Part shown: in pieces, positions 25,387 through 38,673 of the stretch
Layout: each line of letters opens with the position of its first letter
How positions within the stretch are numbered: position 1 is the stretch's first letter
NCBI RefSeq assembly: GCF_001194135.2
Contig: NC_068982.1
Span: 60,473,747 to 60,537,746 of the forward strand
DNA from: Octopus bimaculoides
Taxonomy: Eukaryota
DNA length: 64,000 bases
Reading direction: 5' to 3'
Notes under the pieces: generated by a model
Databases searched by the model: none
What the model was told of the DNA's origin: nothing
The model's input: the letters and a program-made list of their open reading frames with translations, nothing else
Program-made: the position numbers and the translations under genes

Positions 25387-26989
25387 NNNNNNNNNNATAG
25401 ATCTATACACATACATACTTGCATGTATCATATATATTTGTGTGTGTGCATACAAGTAGGTGAACAGATAGGTAAAGTTACACACAGACAAATACACACT
25501 TGATAAAATAATAACAAACAAACAACAAAATATAGGGTTTTCCCACTGAATAGAAATATATCAAAGTTCCCTGTCTTTTTTGCTTTCTTCTTTTTTTATG
25601 TATTTTATAACTGTTGATTTTTTTCCCCTGTTTTTATTCTATTATTTCTTATTTATTATAAAAGCAATCTATTCTGATTCATTTTCACTGAAATAATTTT
25701 AAAATGAAACAATGATTTTTAAATATGATATAGCTACTTGAATTTTTATTATCAGAAGATAAAATATGAATATAACTGTAGAATTCATAATGCAAATGGG
25801 GATTTCATGTATTTATTTATGCATTTATTGTTTATACTTAAATGAATCTCAATTACCAATATAATTGTTGTTGTTATTTTATTCTTTCTCCTCTCAGCAT
25901 TTATAAATATTTGTTAGCTTCAGTGCAATAATAGTTGCCATAAGTTTTATTCATTTACATCAAAGTGACGAACAAAAAGACGCTTATCTTTCAACAAAAT
26001 AAATAACTAATAGTGTATATTTTGAGAAAATGTGTGTATGTGTATGTGTGTGTGTGTGTGTGCATGCATGTGTGTTTGTGTGTGTATACAGACATATACA
26101 CATAAATATATACATACACACATATATATATATATATACACCTTCCTATACACACATACATACATACACAAACACATATATACATATATATATGTATGTA
26201 TGTATGCATGTATATTAATACATATTTAAAATACATATAAAAAATATTCGGTAAACATATGCTCTGATTAAATTGTCCTGTGTATATTTTTATGATTGTG
26301 CTCTGATATATATATACAGTTTTACATCATATATGTATGTAATGTAACGTGTGATATGTGTGTGTACATATATATATATGAAATTATATGTGATGAGTAT
26401 ATAAGTGTGTCTGTATCTATGCATGTGAGTTGTATGTTTGTGGAGGTGTATCGCCATATACATTTATATATTATACGCAACTATAAATTTATATTGATAC
26501 ATGAATCATATACAAGTTGGCTTATTATTTCAACTAATAAATAAGAAAACAAATAAAAGTACACACATAAATGCATATGAACATATAGACACAATCACAC
26601 TTCTCTACCCTACCCTCTTTCGCCTCTCTTTTCTGTCTCTCTCTCTCCCTCTCTTTCTCTTAACCTTACAATCTATTTATCTATCTATATTTTCAATTCC
26701 CAACACACATTACACCCCTGTTCATTCACACAAATACAGACCGACATTTACACAGGAAAGAACATAAGCATAGATATTTATACATTTGACAAACAAGAAC
26801 TATTAATTAAATGATAGGCATGTTATGATGCTTGTGAACTCTGGTGGATCTACCTCAGTTGATTTATTAAATAAAAGATATAATTACTTTTGAGAGAAGC
26901 AGTGTTGTGGCTGACAAAATGTTTTAACATTGGAGTATAAAAATAATTGGCAATTCAATGAAGGAGATGGGAAAGGAAGAGAGGAAAAT

Positions 26990-27020
26990 CAAAAGAGAAA
27001 GAGATAGATAGAGAGATAGA

Positions 27021-27119
<99 letters not shown>

Positions 27120-27120
27120 A
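26990..27120. repeat. (GA)n microsatellite
   Basis: Direct inspection. Confidence 0.95.
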
Positions 27121-28789
27121 ATACGTGTTTTAAAAATATTGATTCCAGTAAAATTAGATAGAAATGAAGAATATCAAGGAAGAACAGAACATCCCATAGG
27201 TAAAAGGAAAACGAATTAGACATTATAACACTAGCAGGAAAACAATTATAGAGTTCTCTTGACAATAAAATTAACTTATGAAACAATTGTAATCATTCAG
27301 TGATGAGCACTGTTTTTCTGTGAAATTTATTGCTTAGTTATACTTATTATTGAAATCTATGATTGCTGCTACAGTTTAATCAGCTTATATTGTTGGTAGG
27401 CTAAAAGGCCGACTGAATGACAATCAAAAGGTTTGTTTGCATTTAATTCCCAATAAGGAGACTATTTTAATATACAATGATAAATAAAGCTAAGCAGCAG
27501 AATTTCAGAGTTTGATCTTTGTGAACTAAGTTTGAAGTTGTTGTTTATTGTTTAACCTTACACCAGCCTGTAATCAAAAGCGTTCTAACCATGACCATCT
27601 TGTCTATTTTTTCAGTCGTTTTGTACCCCACCCTATATTATCCAATGTTTTGTTTTTTTCTTTAATGATGGTAGGTTGTAGTAGTTTTTAGGTGAGATTT
27701 GGTTGGTATTTCTAGCAGATCATTGACATCAGCCTGTAATTAAAGGTATTCAAACCCCTTAAGGGGAAAACAAGTCCTTTCAAACCTAAATGGTTTTAAT
27801 TGTAAAATTTGGTTGATGAAGCAATTAACGAATCTGATTTTCATGCAACAAAATTTAGTCTTGACATTTTTGATACATTTTCATATTCTGTCTGACCCAT
27901 GCAAGCATTGAAAAATAGATGTTAAACAATGATGATGATGATGATGATGACGACGACAATGACGACAATAAGGAAGATGATGACAATGACAATGATGATG
28001 ATAATGCTGGTGGTGTGATGAATTAGAAGCAATTTCCAGGTTGCTAACATTTATAATCATTTGTAATCCAATGTTGCTCCTTCCAGCTGCCAGGCAATTA
28101 CCATTACCAAACTATAGTCACATCAAAATTACCAAACTGTAATCTCATCAAAAAAATACTCATCAGTTTTTGTTTTTTGTTTGTTTGTTAGGTTACAATG
28201 AGCTTCATTCTTTGATCTTCATCCATTTTCCTGTTCATTTTTGTTTGTTCTGGTTCTAAATAACTATGAAAAAACGCTGCAAACATGATGGCAATGGTGT
28301 AAGAAGCCATAAACTTAACCCTTCAGTCTGTTGCAGCATATACTCACTTTACCTAATCCTTCATCCCAGAACACCAACCCTCTGGAATTCCTGCACCCTC
28401 TCTTTGTGCTCTTTTTCTCTAAACATTGACTTGCAGATGTCCAGGCTGAACATAAACACAATAGACACCAAGCAAAATAAACATAAACACCAAGCAAAAT
28501 AAGCACATGCTTAAGGCATTACGAGAAGGGTGGGCAGCACAGAAATGATAAATGGTTTATGGCACAAAAGATATCATTTTATACTTAATAGAATATCATT
28601 TGAAGTGGTTTATATGATCAGAAATATAATTTCAAAGTATTCATGGTGTCATGGTGAAGTTCTGATCATAAACTTTGTCATTAAAAAAAAAAGTAGGAGA
28701 AAACTTATTAAATTAATATAAATAAAAGTATGCAAAAATAAACATTATTTTCTATCTTACTGTTAGTTTTGTTTCATTTTAGCAAATAT

Positions 28790-29045
28790 AAAAATGTTTC
28801 CATCACCATTATCATTTAATGTCTATTTGCCATGCTGGCACAGGTTGGAAAGTCAATCAGGGGCTGGTCAGCTGAAGAGATGCCTGGGCTCCATGTCTGT
28901 TTTTGGCATGATTTCTATGGCTGGATGCCCTTCCTAATGCCAACCACTTTACAGTGTGTATTGGGTGCTTGTATGTGGCACCAGCACAGATGCTTTTACA
29001 CGGTACAAGCATGGGTGTTTTTTACATGGCACCAGCACACATGAG
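28790..29045 (-). mobile_element. SINE copy with GGATGCCCTTCCTAATGCCAACCAC domain
   Basis: Reverse complement of the 15480-15655 domain. Confidence 0.8.
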
Positions 29046-29983
29046 CCCATGAGATTAGGATCACTCAGCTGAAGAGGGATGTAAGGGACATTTCCTGAAT
29101 GCAAGGACAACCACAATTTTACTTAGCTTGAAGTGTCTTCTCCAGTATAGCAAACGGCCAGAAGTCTCAGTCTCTTGTCATCCCTGCTTTGAGGTCTAGA
29201 TCCTTTCTCCTATCCCTTCCACATGTTCTCTTTGAAGTACATATATATAAGGGTACCAAGACCTTGTTAGTACTTAAGACGTTTATGGGTCTTAATCTGG
29301 TCTTGCATAAACAGTATCACTCACCACCATTTCAGAGGACCAGCAAATCTCTCAGGGCTTGTACCTCCTTCTATGTTGCAAGTTAAAATCTGTCTTGTGC
29401 TTGTAGGCTCATTGGACTGCAGCTTATTTCAATTTCTGGAGAACACAAGGCTCTCCACTAGATGGAACACTGTTGGTTGCAAAGTTTAACCCTTGATGCT
29501 GTTCAGGTTAAACTTTGCAGATGAGTGAACTGAAGCAACATGAAATGAGGTGCCTTGCTCAAGGAGACGAATGTACTACTCAGTGAAGAAGTCAAACCTG
29601 TGCCCTTACAATTGTGATTTCTCCAATGGTTAAGACATTTTATAAAAAAAAAATCCATTGAAATAAGGTTCAAAGAAACCAAACCATGGTGATGGTGATG
29701 ATGATGATGATGATGATTACTACTGTCCCACCACCACGACTGCCATTACTTTCCTTATGATGTCATTGGGAAAAATAGGGAAAAGATAAAAGTAAAGGAG
29801 TGAGTCTGTAGATAGATTATGCCTGAACAAAATACAACATGGTTACCACGAGATTTGAAATTTAATAGAAAATGTTCATTTGAGTTATTGACCTCACTAT
29901 CACATGGGAAAATTATTGATCAATCAATGATGAATGTTCCTTACATGTGCAGATGCATACATGTATATATATATATGTGTGTA

Positions 29984-30034
<51 letters not shown>

Positions 30035-30056
30035 NNNNNNNNNNNNNNNNNNNNNN

Positions 30057-30116
<60 letters not shown>

Positions 30117-30273
30117 CATGTATGTATATTAAGATAAATGATATACATGTAGATGATTTTAACACAAAGCTATATGTGATGGTTTCAAATTTTGTCACAA
30201 GGCCAGCAATTTTGAGCTGGTTGGGCAAGTTGATTACTTCGACCCCAGTGCTCAAATGGCATTTATTTCAGGC

Positions 30274-31023
30274 ACACTAAATTTTAACGTTCTAGTTCAC
30301 TTCTACTGTTTATAGTTGTGCTTGGAAGGTACATGTGTCGCATGTGATCATCACATTGACCATGACAGAGAAAGTTGGGCAGAGAATCTGCATCAAATTT
30401 TGCCCAAAATTTGGCAATACCTGCTCAGAGGCCTATGCAAACTTTATGAAAAGATTTCATCGTTCTCGACACAATCAAGAAGATCTTGTGCAACTGAAAC
30501 CCAAGTGTCCTTTTGGTCAGCTGAAAGCAATTTTGACACAAACTTGGCGGACACACATTACATACCTAAATCTTCAGTAATAATGGACTGAACTGAACCA
30601 TAACTGATGTACACATCCTCTGATAACATATGGTTGGTGATTCGATGATTTCCCCTCACACCTGCATGCACATCTGCGATGTTTTTCTCAGTTTTGCTGG
30701 TTGCAGGTCTTCCAGAATGTTCATAATTTTTTGGCCATCTTGGAAATGTTTGAACCCCTTCTACACTTGTGTGTGGCTCATACAATCCTCTCCATACATT
30801 TTCTGCGTAGGCCTTTGAGCAGGTATCATCATGACAACTTTCTCTGTCATGGTCAATGTGATGATCCTTCCAAGCACTGCTGTAAAAAGCAGAACTGAGC
30901 TAGAATGTTAAAGCTTAGTGCACATGCACAGCAGAGTTCAAGGTCAATTTTTGCCAAGCAGCTTCACTCTGCATGCTTTAGCTTCTTTACTATGGCAATA
31001 ATGTGGATACTTATTGATCACAC

Positions 31024-31028
<5 letters not shown>
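30274..31028 (-). mobile_element. Internally deleted mariner relic with inverted duplication of its 5' region
   Basis: - strand N-terminal mariner transposase remnant (...EHSGRPATSKTEKNIADV...RITNHMLSEDVYISYGSVQSIITEDLGM*CVSAKFVSKLLSADQK); TIR-like TATGAAGTGTGATCAATAAGT next to (TA)n at ~31028; 30274-30440 is an inverted copy of 30801-30921. Confidence 0.85.
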
Positions 31029-31078
<50 letters not shown>

Positions 31079-31744
31079 GCAAACACACCAACACCAGTTG
31101 ACAAGCAGTGGTGGTAGACAAACACAGATACCATCACACACATACACACACACATACACATACATACATATACATATACATCCATGGTTCCAGGTTCAGT
31201 CTCACTACGTGACACTTTGGGTGAGTGTCTTCTACTAGAGTCTCAGTTTCCATCTACTAAATCTACTAACAAGGTTTTTGGTCAGCCCAAGCCTCTAACA
31301 GAAGACCTTGCCCAAGGTTCCACCCTGGAACCATGTGGTTGAGAAGCAATTCTCTTAGCACATATCTATATATCTGAGTCCCCAATAGAAAAGCAAAAGA
31401 TAGATCTACCATTGGTTAATTTAGAGTCGATCTATCACAGGAAATATTCCCACAACCCATCCCTGAAATTGCTGGCTTTGTGCCAAAATTTTTAACCAAT
31501 ATTCCCATAAGAACTGCTTTATCATTTCACACAATCCTTTCATGTAGTTCTTCAACTTGCTAGTAATAGCAGCCAATCCCACTCACTGTCAAATGACAAC
31601 TTGCCTTCTTAAAAATTGACTTGTTAGATATTATATGTCAAGATATATTACATTTGGAGAAAAAATAGTAAGTTGAATACGAAAGAGACATATTTTATCA
31701 TTGATCTGGTAAATCACAGATGAGCTTGAGTTAAAGAACAATAA

Positions 31745-31930
31745 CAATTAAAGTAAGTAGAACATACCAATCACTTAAAATGGATGGAACTTGTGGAAGA
31801 GGGAGACCCAGGAAGACATAGGATGAAGTACTGAAAGCCAATTTCAAGACACTGAGCTCTATAAAGAAGATGACTAAGAACCAAGATACCTGGCATATTG
31901 CTGTACTCAAGAAAACCCGTCTGCTACAGC
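31745..31930 (+). mobile_element. RTE-clade LINE 3' end fragment
   Basis: LKMDGTCGRGRPRKT*DEVLKANFKTLSSIKKMTKNQDTWHIAVLKKTR fits the RGRP.K.W.D...W C-terminus of RTE ORFs; related - strand pieces at ~29100-29230 and 40170-40310. Confidence 0.75.
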
Positions 31931-32175
31931 AGAATTGATGCTGGTGCTGGTGACACATAAAAAGCATTCATGCTGGTGTCATGTTAAAAGCTCTGGTACT
32001 GGTGCCACATAAAACGCACCCAGTGCACTCTGTGGAGTAGTTGACATTAGGAAGGGCATCCAACCACAGAAACCATGCTACAACAGACAATGGAGCCTGG
32101 TGTGGCCCTACCGTACCAGTTCCGGTCAAGCCGACCAACCATGCCAGCACGGAAAATGGACTTTAAGTGATGATG
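31930..32175 (+). mobile_element. SINE 3' domain copy
   Basis: GACATTAGGAAGGGCATCCAACCACAGAAACC...AACCATGCCAGCACGGAAAATGGAC...GATGATGAT. Confidence 0.8.
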
Positions 32176-32977
32176 ATTATGAGGTTCCAGCCGAAAGCTG
32201 TAGCCATGCTGGGACACTCCTATTCAAAACAGGACCAGCAGAAACTACATTAATTTTCTTGCATAAGATTTGAACTGTTGAAAGATGATTATTTAGCTCA
32301 GTCTAGTACTTCATTCACATGGTTATTTTGTGTTTATGAGGAACGAAAATTTTCTATCATCAAATGAAGTTCATTGGAATTAAATATTTTAGAAAATAGG
32401 AAGAAAATAACACTTTTATGCCTGAAAAAGAATTGTGTTTGAATTTATTGAAGAATCCATTTCCATATACAGACTTAATCCTCACATTCATCAAACTAAT
32501 ATATGCCATTATATCTATCAATCTATCTATCTATCTATATATATATTTGTGTGTGTGTGCGTGTGTGTGTGCATGTGTGTGTGTGTGTGTGTGTACATAC
32601 AGACATATATATATATATATACATATACACACATACATGTGTATCTGTATCAACATATTAATATACACATATAGATCATTTTACTATACATGTATGTGTG
32701 TGTGTGTGCATGTGTGTGTGTGTGTATGTGTGTGTGTATGCAGGAAGACATGAAATACATGTACATACATATATATTTATGTATATACCTACTTGCAGAT
32801 ATACATACTTTTCCCCCCCACACACACACACATTTGAAGGGTGTCTTTGTAGAGATACACACATTTCCCAGTATTGATTTGTGTATGTATGCATGAGTGT
32901 GAGTGCGTGTGTATCTAACTGTCTACAAAAACATTATACATACATGCATATAAAATTTGTATGTGTGAGCATTTGTT

Positions 32978-33018
<41 letters not shown>

Positions 33019-33027
33019 GTTTGTATT

Positions 33028-33085
<58 letters not shown>

Positions 33086-33993
33086 CACACACAAAAGAAA
33101 AATAATAGAATTACTGCTTTAACAACATAGGCAATTTAACTTACTTTAATTTTCTTTTTAGTGAAATAAAACAGAGTCTTTGTGTTGGAATAAGTTCAAA
33201 ACAAACCATGAGTGACTTTGAAGTTGTGAAATAGGTCTTGTAAAAGACATGACTTTTTCTTCTTTTTTTTTAATTCTTCCTTTTCTTTTTTCTTTTTTTC
33301 TTTTTTTTTTTTTATTTTTCATTCAGTAAAAATCTTTTAGCAGAACAACATTTAATGTACAAACCATGAACTGTCTTTAGGACAATAGCATTCTCAATTA
33401 TAAATAACATAAAGATTTTATTGCATTACTTGGACAATAATTTCAATACTCTGTTTAAAGATTAAATGAATATGTTAAAAGCTTCTTTTATTTTTGACAT
33501 TCTAGCAGAATATATGATTTTTAACTGAAATTTAATTTATTTCGACATTATATATACAGCAGTGACCTTTTGCTGCTGACTAATTCAAAAATATATTGAT
33601 GATGATATTTAAAAAAACAGAAATACAAAAAAAAAAATCTATTTGTTTGATTAATTTATTATATCAACATCAGCTATATGTAATTGGAATGTTTTATATA
33701 ATATAGTTTTTAAAAATATGACCTCACAGTTGAATTCACTCTCAGAAATGACTACTTTTTACCCACCATAACTTTTACATTTTAGAAGAATTTTCTGCTA
33801 CATCTATCTCTGTGCAATGATGGGATACTTTTTTTTTTTTTTTGCATTTTAGTAACTGTGATCTTTATAGATATAACTGCTATAACTATACATACATTTG
33901 TGTGTTTGGTTGCATCTGTAGTTACATTGGTAATGTTAACCAATAACACCACACATGTATACATACTTAAATACATATGTGTGTATTCATATA

Positions 33994-34047
<54 letters not shown>

Positions 34048-34552
34048 TATATATGCACGCACATATATATATGTGTGTGTATATTTATATATATGTATAA
34101 TAAATAAATATACATATATATACATATATGTGTGTGTGTGAATGTATATATATATACTTATATATTGGAAACCTAGGGAATAATGCCCTAAATGGAAGAA
34201 GTATTTTCATCTGGAGAAATATAATACATATATTTATGTATATGTATATATGATATATACATGCATATACATATACACACACTCATACACACATATAAGT
34301 ATATATATATATATATCACCCATGCTTGCATGGAAGGTAGACATTAAATGATGATGATGATGATGATGATGATGATACACACATAAATACAAATTCAAAT
34401 GCTCACTCATGCACACATCTGTATTTACGTATTTTTGTGTGTGTAATGTCTGTATGTCTAAATCACTGTTTTGAACAGAATAACTAGATAATCCGATGGT
34501 CTATGACAAGTAAAATATATTCTTCTAATGACAACTTATTCATGCATGTATC

Positions 34553-34752
34553 TAAATACCAGATGCCATATACCAGATACCAGTTGCTATATGCAAGATG
34601 CTAGATGCTAGATACCAGATATCAGATGCCAGGTGTGAAATATTAGATATCAGGGACCAGATATCTTATGCTACAACACTGGATACAAGATAACATATAA
34701 CAGATACCAGATGCAATGCCATATACAAGATACTGGATGCCTAATACCAGAT
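34553..34752. repeat. Degenerate 7-bp minisatellite (AGATACC/AGATGCC/AGATGCT)
   Basis: About 28 imperfect heptamer units by eye. Confidence 0.8.
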
Positions 34753-34846
34753 TCGGCTTTGTGCATCCTGAGATGAAATTCTGCCTCCTGCCACCAGCAA
34801 AATATCAAGCTCTTCAGGGTCAGATAAAATTTAGTGATGGGCTTAC

Positions 34847-34879
34847 CCAAATATTTCAGCTGATCCCTTTCCATATCAG
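34847..34879 (-). CDS. Weak candidate exon (DMERDQLKYL)
   Basis: GTAAGC donor; TAAG acceptor after a long pyrimidine tract, or a stronger TCCTTTCAG acceptor at 34931 that closes all frames. The aligned + frame is also open. Confidence 0.2.
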
Positions 34880-35299
34880 CTTATTACATGGCAGGAATGA
34901 ACATACAATCAAAGAAGAAATAAGACAATTCTGAAAGGAGTGTGAAGACAAAATGCTTTACTTTTGAAATATTTGATATGATGTAGAAAATCCATAATTA
35001 TATTCCAGAATAAGCTACAATGCAGTATTTACTACAAACAGAAGCTGAGAACAACATCCCCAAGAAAAGCATCAGAAGTTTGGAAAAGTATTAAAAAAGG
35101 GATCATGGGGACTGTTTATTTTCCAAAATAATAAAAGTTTAGGAACCTTATTTTGTGGAGGAACTATCTCTTACTAAATCTTTTAAATTTTGGTTAATGG
35201 TTTGCAGTCTGCTGCAGGTATCAAGTTTTATGCTATTGGGAAAGGTAATTAGCTCTATCTTATACCTGAGAAAAATTACTTCAGGAGATTAAAAAAATA

Positions 35300-36035
35300 T
35301 TACTCAAAAGACAATTCACAGTAACTTTAAACAACAATGGAATAGAACATGCAAAAGTGATAGACACCTAAGAATTACAAGAAGGAAGAAACATCCCTGA
35401 TTTACTCAACACTTTAATCTATATCGCAACACACATCCAAGAAGTATGGAAGCATGCAATACTCACTTTTGATGAACAACTAACAAAGGGAAAAGGCACT
35501 CAATATACACAAAATAATTACAAATAAAAGACTACCGGTCTTTAAAAAATTACTTGCTAGTGTCAAATTACAAAATTACAACTGCAATAGTCCAAAAGTG
35601 TAATTGCTCTTATTGTGGAATCTACATCAACCTCATTGAGAGCTTGACATATGAATTTAAATCCAGACAATCATTTTCCATAATGTATCATTTCACTTGT
35701 GCATCAAGAAATTTAACTTATGTTGTCAAATACAATGTGTGTAATGAAGACTGCATAGGACAAATGAGATTAACACTGAAACACAGAACGATGGTGCACT
35801 GTCAAAAGATACAAGAAAAATATCTGTTTGTAATCATGTGGTTCTTTGTCCAACAAGCAAATGTCCTAAATACCAAATTTCCCCTTTATATAAGTGTATC
35901 TGGAACATCACATTGCAGTTCCAATTAAATAAGGAAAATAAGTTTATTAAGAAATATAAACCAAAGCTAAATTATAACAACCCAACAGAATGCAAAAATG
36001 CAGAATATTCAACTCAACTAAACAACTAGACACAG
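35300..36035 (+). mobile_element. Penelope-like element 3' fragment (GIY-YIG endonuclease pseudogene)
   Basis: KCNCSYCGIYI...FTCASRNLTYVVKYNVCNEDCIGQMRLTLKHRTMVH (decayed CxxC, FTC.S.NLIY.I.C..C...YIGQT), then after a frameshift ...ISPLYKC...NKENKFIKKYKPKLN, the typical PLE endonuclease end. Confidence 0.85.
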
Positions 36036-36036
36036 C

Positions 36037-36413
36037 AACAAGAGCACTCAGAGAGTGCAAACCTCTGCCAAAGCAACACCAATGTCTTCTCAACGATTAG
36101 CCAAAAATGATTTTTAAAATGAGAATATCTGAAATAAACTCAACTGCTCTGACAAACAAGAATACTGAAAATGAACCGAACCGCTCTCAAAAATTAAGTG
36201 AAAAAAAGCAGGAAAAATAATCAAGAATCCTTGTCCATTACCAGATTGATCCCATAATCTAATCAATTCATGCCAGTTGGCCATCAGGCCAAACATCCCT
36301 GAAAGTTTCATCCAAATCCATCCAGCAGTTCTTAAGATATCTTGTCCATAGACAAACCAACAAACAAACATGACTGAAAACATTACTTCCACCTTTGCTA
36401 GGACAGCGGTAAT
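36037..36413 (-). mobile_element. Non-autonomous Helentron-type element, copy 2
   Basis: Co-linear with 12163-12520; terminal hairpin decayed; subterminal ACCTCTGCCAAAG is inverted to the hairpin arm. Confidence 0.65.
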
Positions 36414-37701
36414 AATAAAAGTAAATCAAAAACTGAAGTAATAGCCACCCTTTGGGATAAGAGATCGTAACTTCAAACCATTGGTAATTCCATTTTTGAC
36501 ATTGTTTGCTGACATCACCTCAGGATTGACCAATGTGGTTATGTTTTTGGTTAAAACTAGATGCAAGCAAAAAAAGAAAAAAACAAGTGATGTTATTAAG
36601 CATTCAGCCGACTCAGAAAAACCAGCTGCCAAGACGTACAACAAACAAATTATGTTCCTCAGCAAACTGAATGCAAACAAATACAAGTGATATATTTGAG
36701 TAAATATCCAATCAGGACTTGAAGCTATACCTTAATACCAACATGAATAAGGCAATGTCAGCTTGGAAAATAGTTCAATTTCATAGTCAAACATGTAAAT
36801 CAAACAACAAACAATTCTAGCTCACACAACATTACAGAATTTTGGATAACTTTTTTCTTATACTTTAAAATCTTAATTATGTCTAATTGCTGACATAATT
36901 TATTGCTATGAAACTTATTGAACTTTTAAATTACTATCATGTATTATTGCCATGAAATTTATTGAATATTTGAACTTTGATAATCTTTTATTGAAACTTA
37001 ATGACCATTCGAATTTTCATCATGATGGCTATGAAGTCTTTGAACATTTGATTTTTGAACATATCTTATTACTCCAAAACATTTTCGTGAGCATTCTCTT
37101 TAAAATTTTCCTTTTATTATTATTTTTTTATATATTTTACTTACTATTATAAAACAAAAAAAAATTTGAAACCAGTATGGTACTTTTATAAATAAAAAAT
37201 ACCTATAAAAATAAAATTCCTAAATTTGCAATCCCAAAACTGGTTTTCTTATATATATATATATACATACATATATATATATATGCACTCATATATAGTG
37301 TATATGTGTGCTTNNNNNNNNNNNNNNNNNNNNNNNNNNNNNNNNNNNNNNNNNNNNNNNNNNNNNNNNNNNNNNNNNNNNNNNNNNNNNNNNNNNNNNN
37401 NNNNNNNNNNNNNNNNNNNNNNNNNNNNNNNNNNNNNNNNNNNNNNNNNNNNNNNNNNNNNNNNNNNNNNNNNNNNNNNNNNNNNNNNNNNNNNNNNNNN
37501 NNNNNNNNNNNNNNNNNNNNNNNNNNNNNNNNNNNNNNNNNNNNNNNNNNNNNNNNNNNNNNNNNNNNNNNNNNNNNNNNNNNNNNNNNNNNNNNNNNNN
37601 NNNNNNNNNNNNNNNNNNNNNNNNNNNNNCATACATATGTATATACATACATACATATATATATATATACATACATACACACATATACACATACACACAC
37701 A

Positions 37702-37737
<36 letters not shown>

Positions 37738-38451
37738 CATTCATACATACAGATACATTTTTTACATGTGCATATATGTATGTATATGATTTCATTCTTT
37801 AGCAGCCTTGAGGCTGTTTCTAACATATAGTATACACGCAAATTGCTTCCCAGAATAATATGTTACATAAGATATCCATGTTAGATAAGTAATCCAACCT
37901 TCCCATTGTTAATTTTTACTCATTTAGGAATAAATTACTAAGTAAGTTTACACTACTCTGAAAGATATTCTGTCTGATATTCTGTCCCAGATAATGCAAA
38001 CTACTTTTGTTAACATACAAGGATATGGGTTTGCTACAGAATTATAATAATCATTACACAATAATTAACTATGTTAGAATCATTCGAAATTAGCACCAAG
38101 CAGATCAAGTGAAATTATCAGCTAGGTGAAACAAAGATTGCTATTTAGCTTGTTGTCTCATCTCTATGTGTTTAAATCTTCCCTTGTTTGATTTTACATT
38201 CATCCTTCTGAAGTTGATGAAAGAAGTAGGAAAATGATATACTGAGGATGATAATGATATGAGAGTTAATGTTTTCAGTAGGATTTGGTCAATGAGTAGT
38301 AGTTGTTATGATCTACTTGAGTTTAAAATATCCATTTCCATCATGGCCAGCACTTAACATCTACTGACATACAGAAACAGACTGATTGTTGAATGAGTAA
38401 CAACACGCTGAGGCTACACCACAGTGAAAGAAACAGTTAACTATTTCATAC

Positions 38452-38673
38452 CAGACAGTCTTCAGCAAGATTGAAACATGGCATATCTGGAGCAATGGTT
38501 CTGTGGACCATGCCAATCATTTAGCTAACTACTTAGATGTTAAAGAACTACTCAACCAGGGTTCAACAATTGCAGTAGCAACAATATCTGAGATTGATTC
38601 TATTAAGTACACACTTCCTAAACATAAATTTGCTTTGTGCCTGCTTAAAAGAAATCTATATCAGCAACTATAA
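38452..38673. other. Exon-like segment of unresolved strand
   Basis: + frame 38455-38673 open (TVFSKIETWHIWSNGSVDHANHLANYLDVKELLNQG...); aligned - frame 38452-38520 gives MIGMVHRTIAPDMPCFNLAEDCL|GTATGA. Confidence 0.25.

Noticed and set aside
27295-27345. TGATGA-GCA...TGT-GAAA, a second hammerhead-like string
   Set aside because: Core begins GTGATGA, and no convincing stem I or stem III pairing.
36426-36740. Hydrophobic - strand frame / Lys-rich + strand frame
   Set aside because: Composition driven by an A-run; both aligned frames open; no reliable boundaries or homology.
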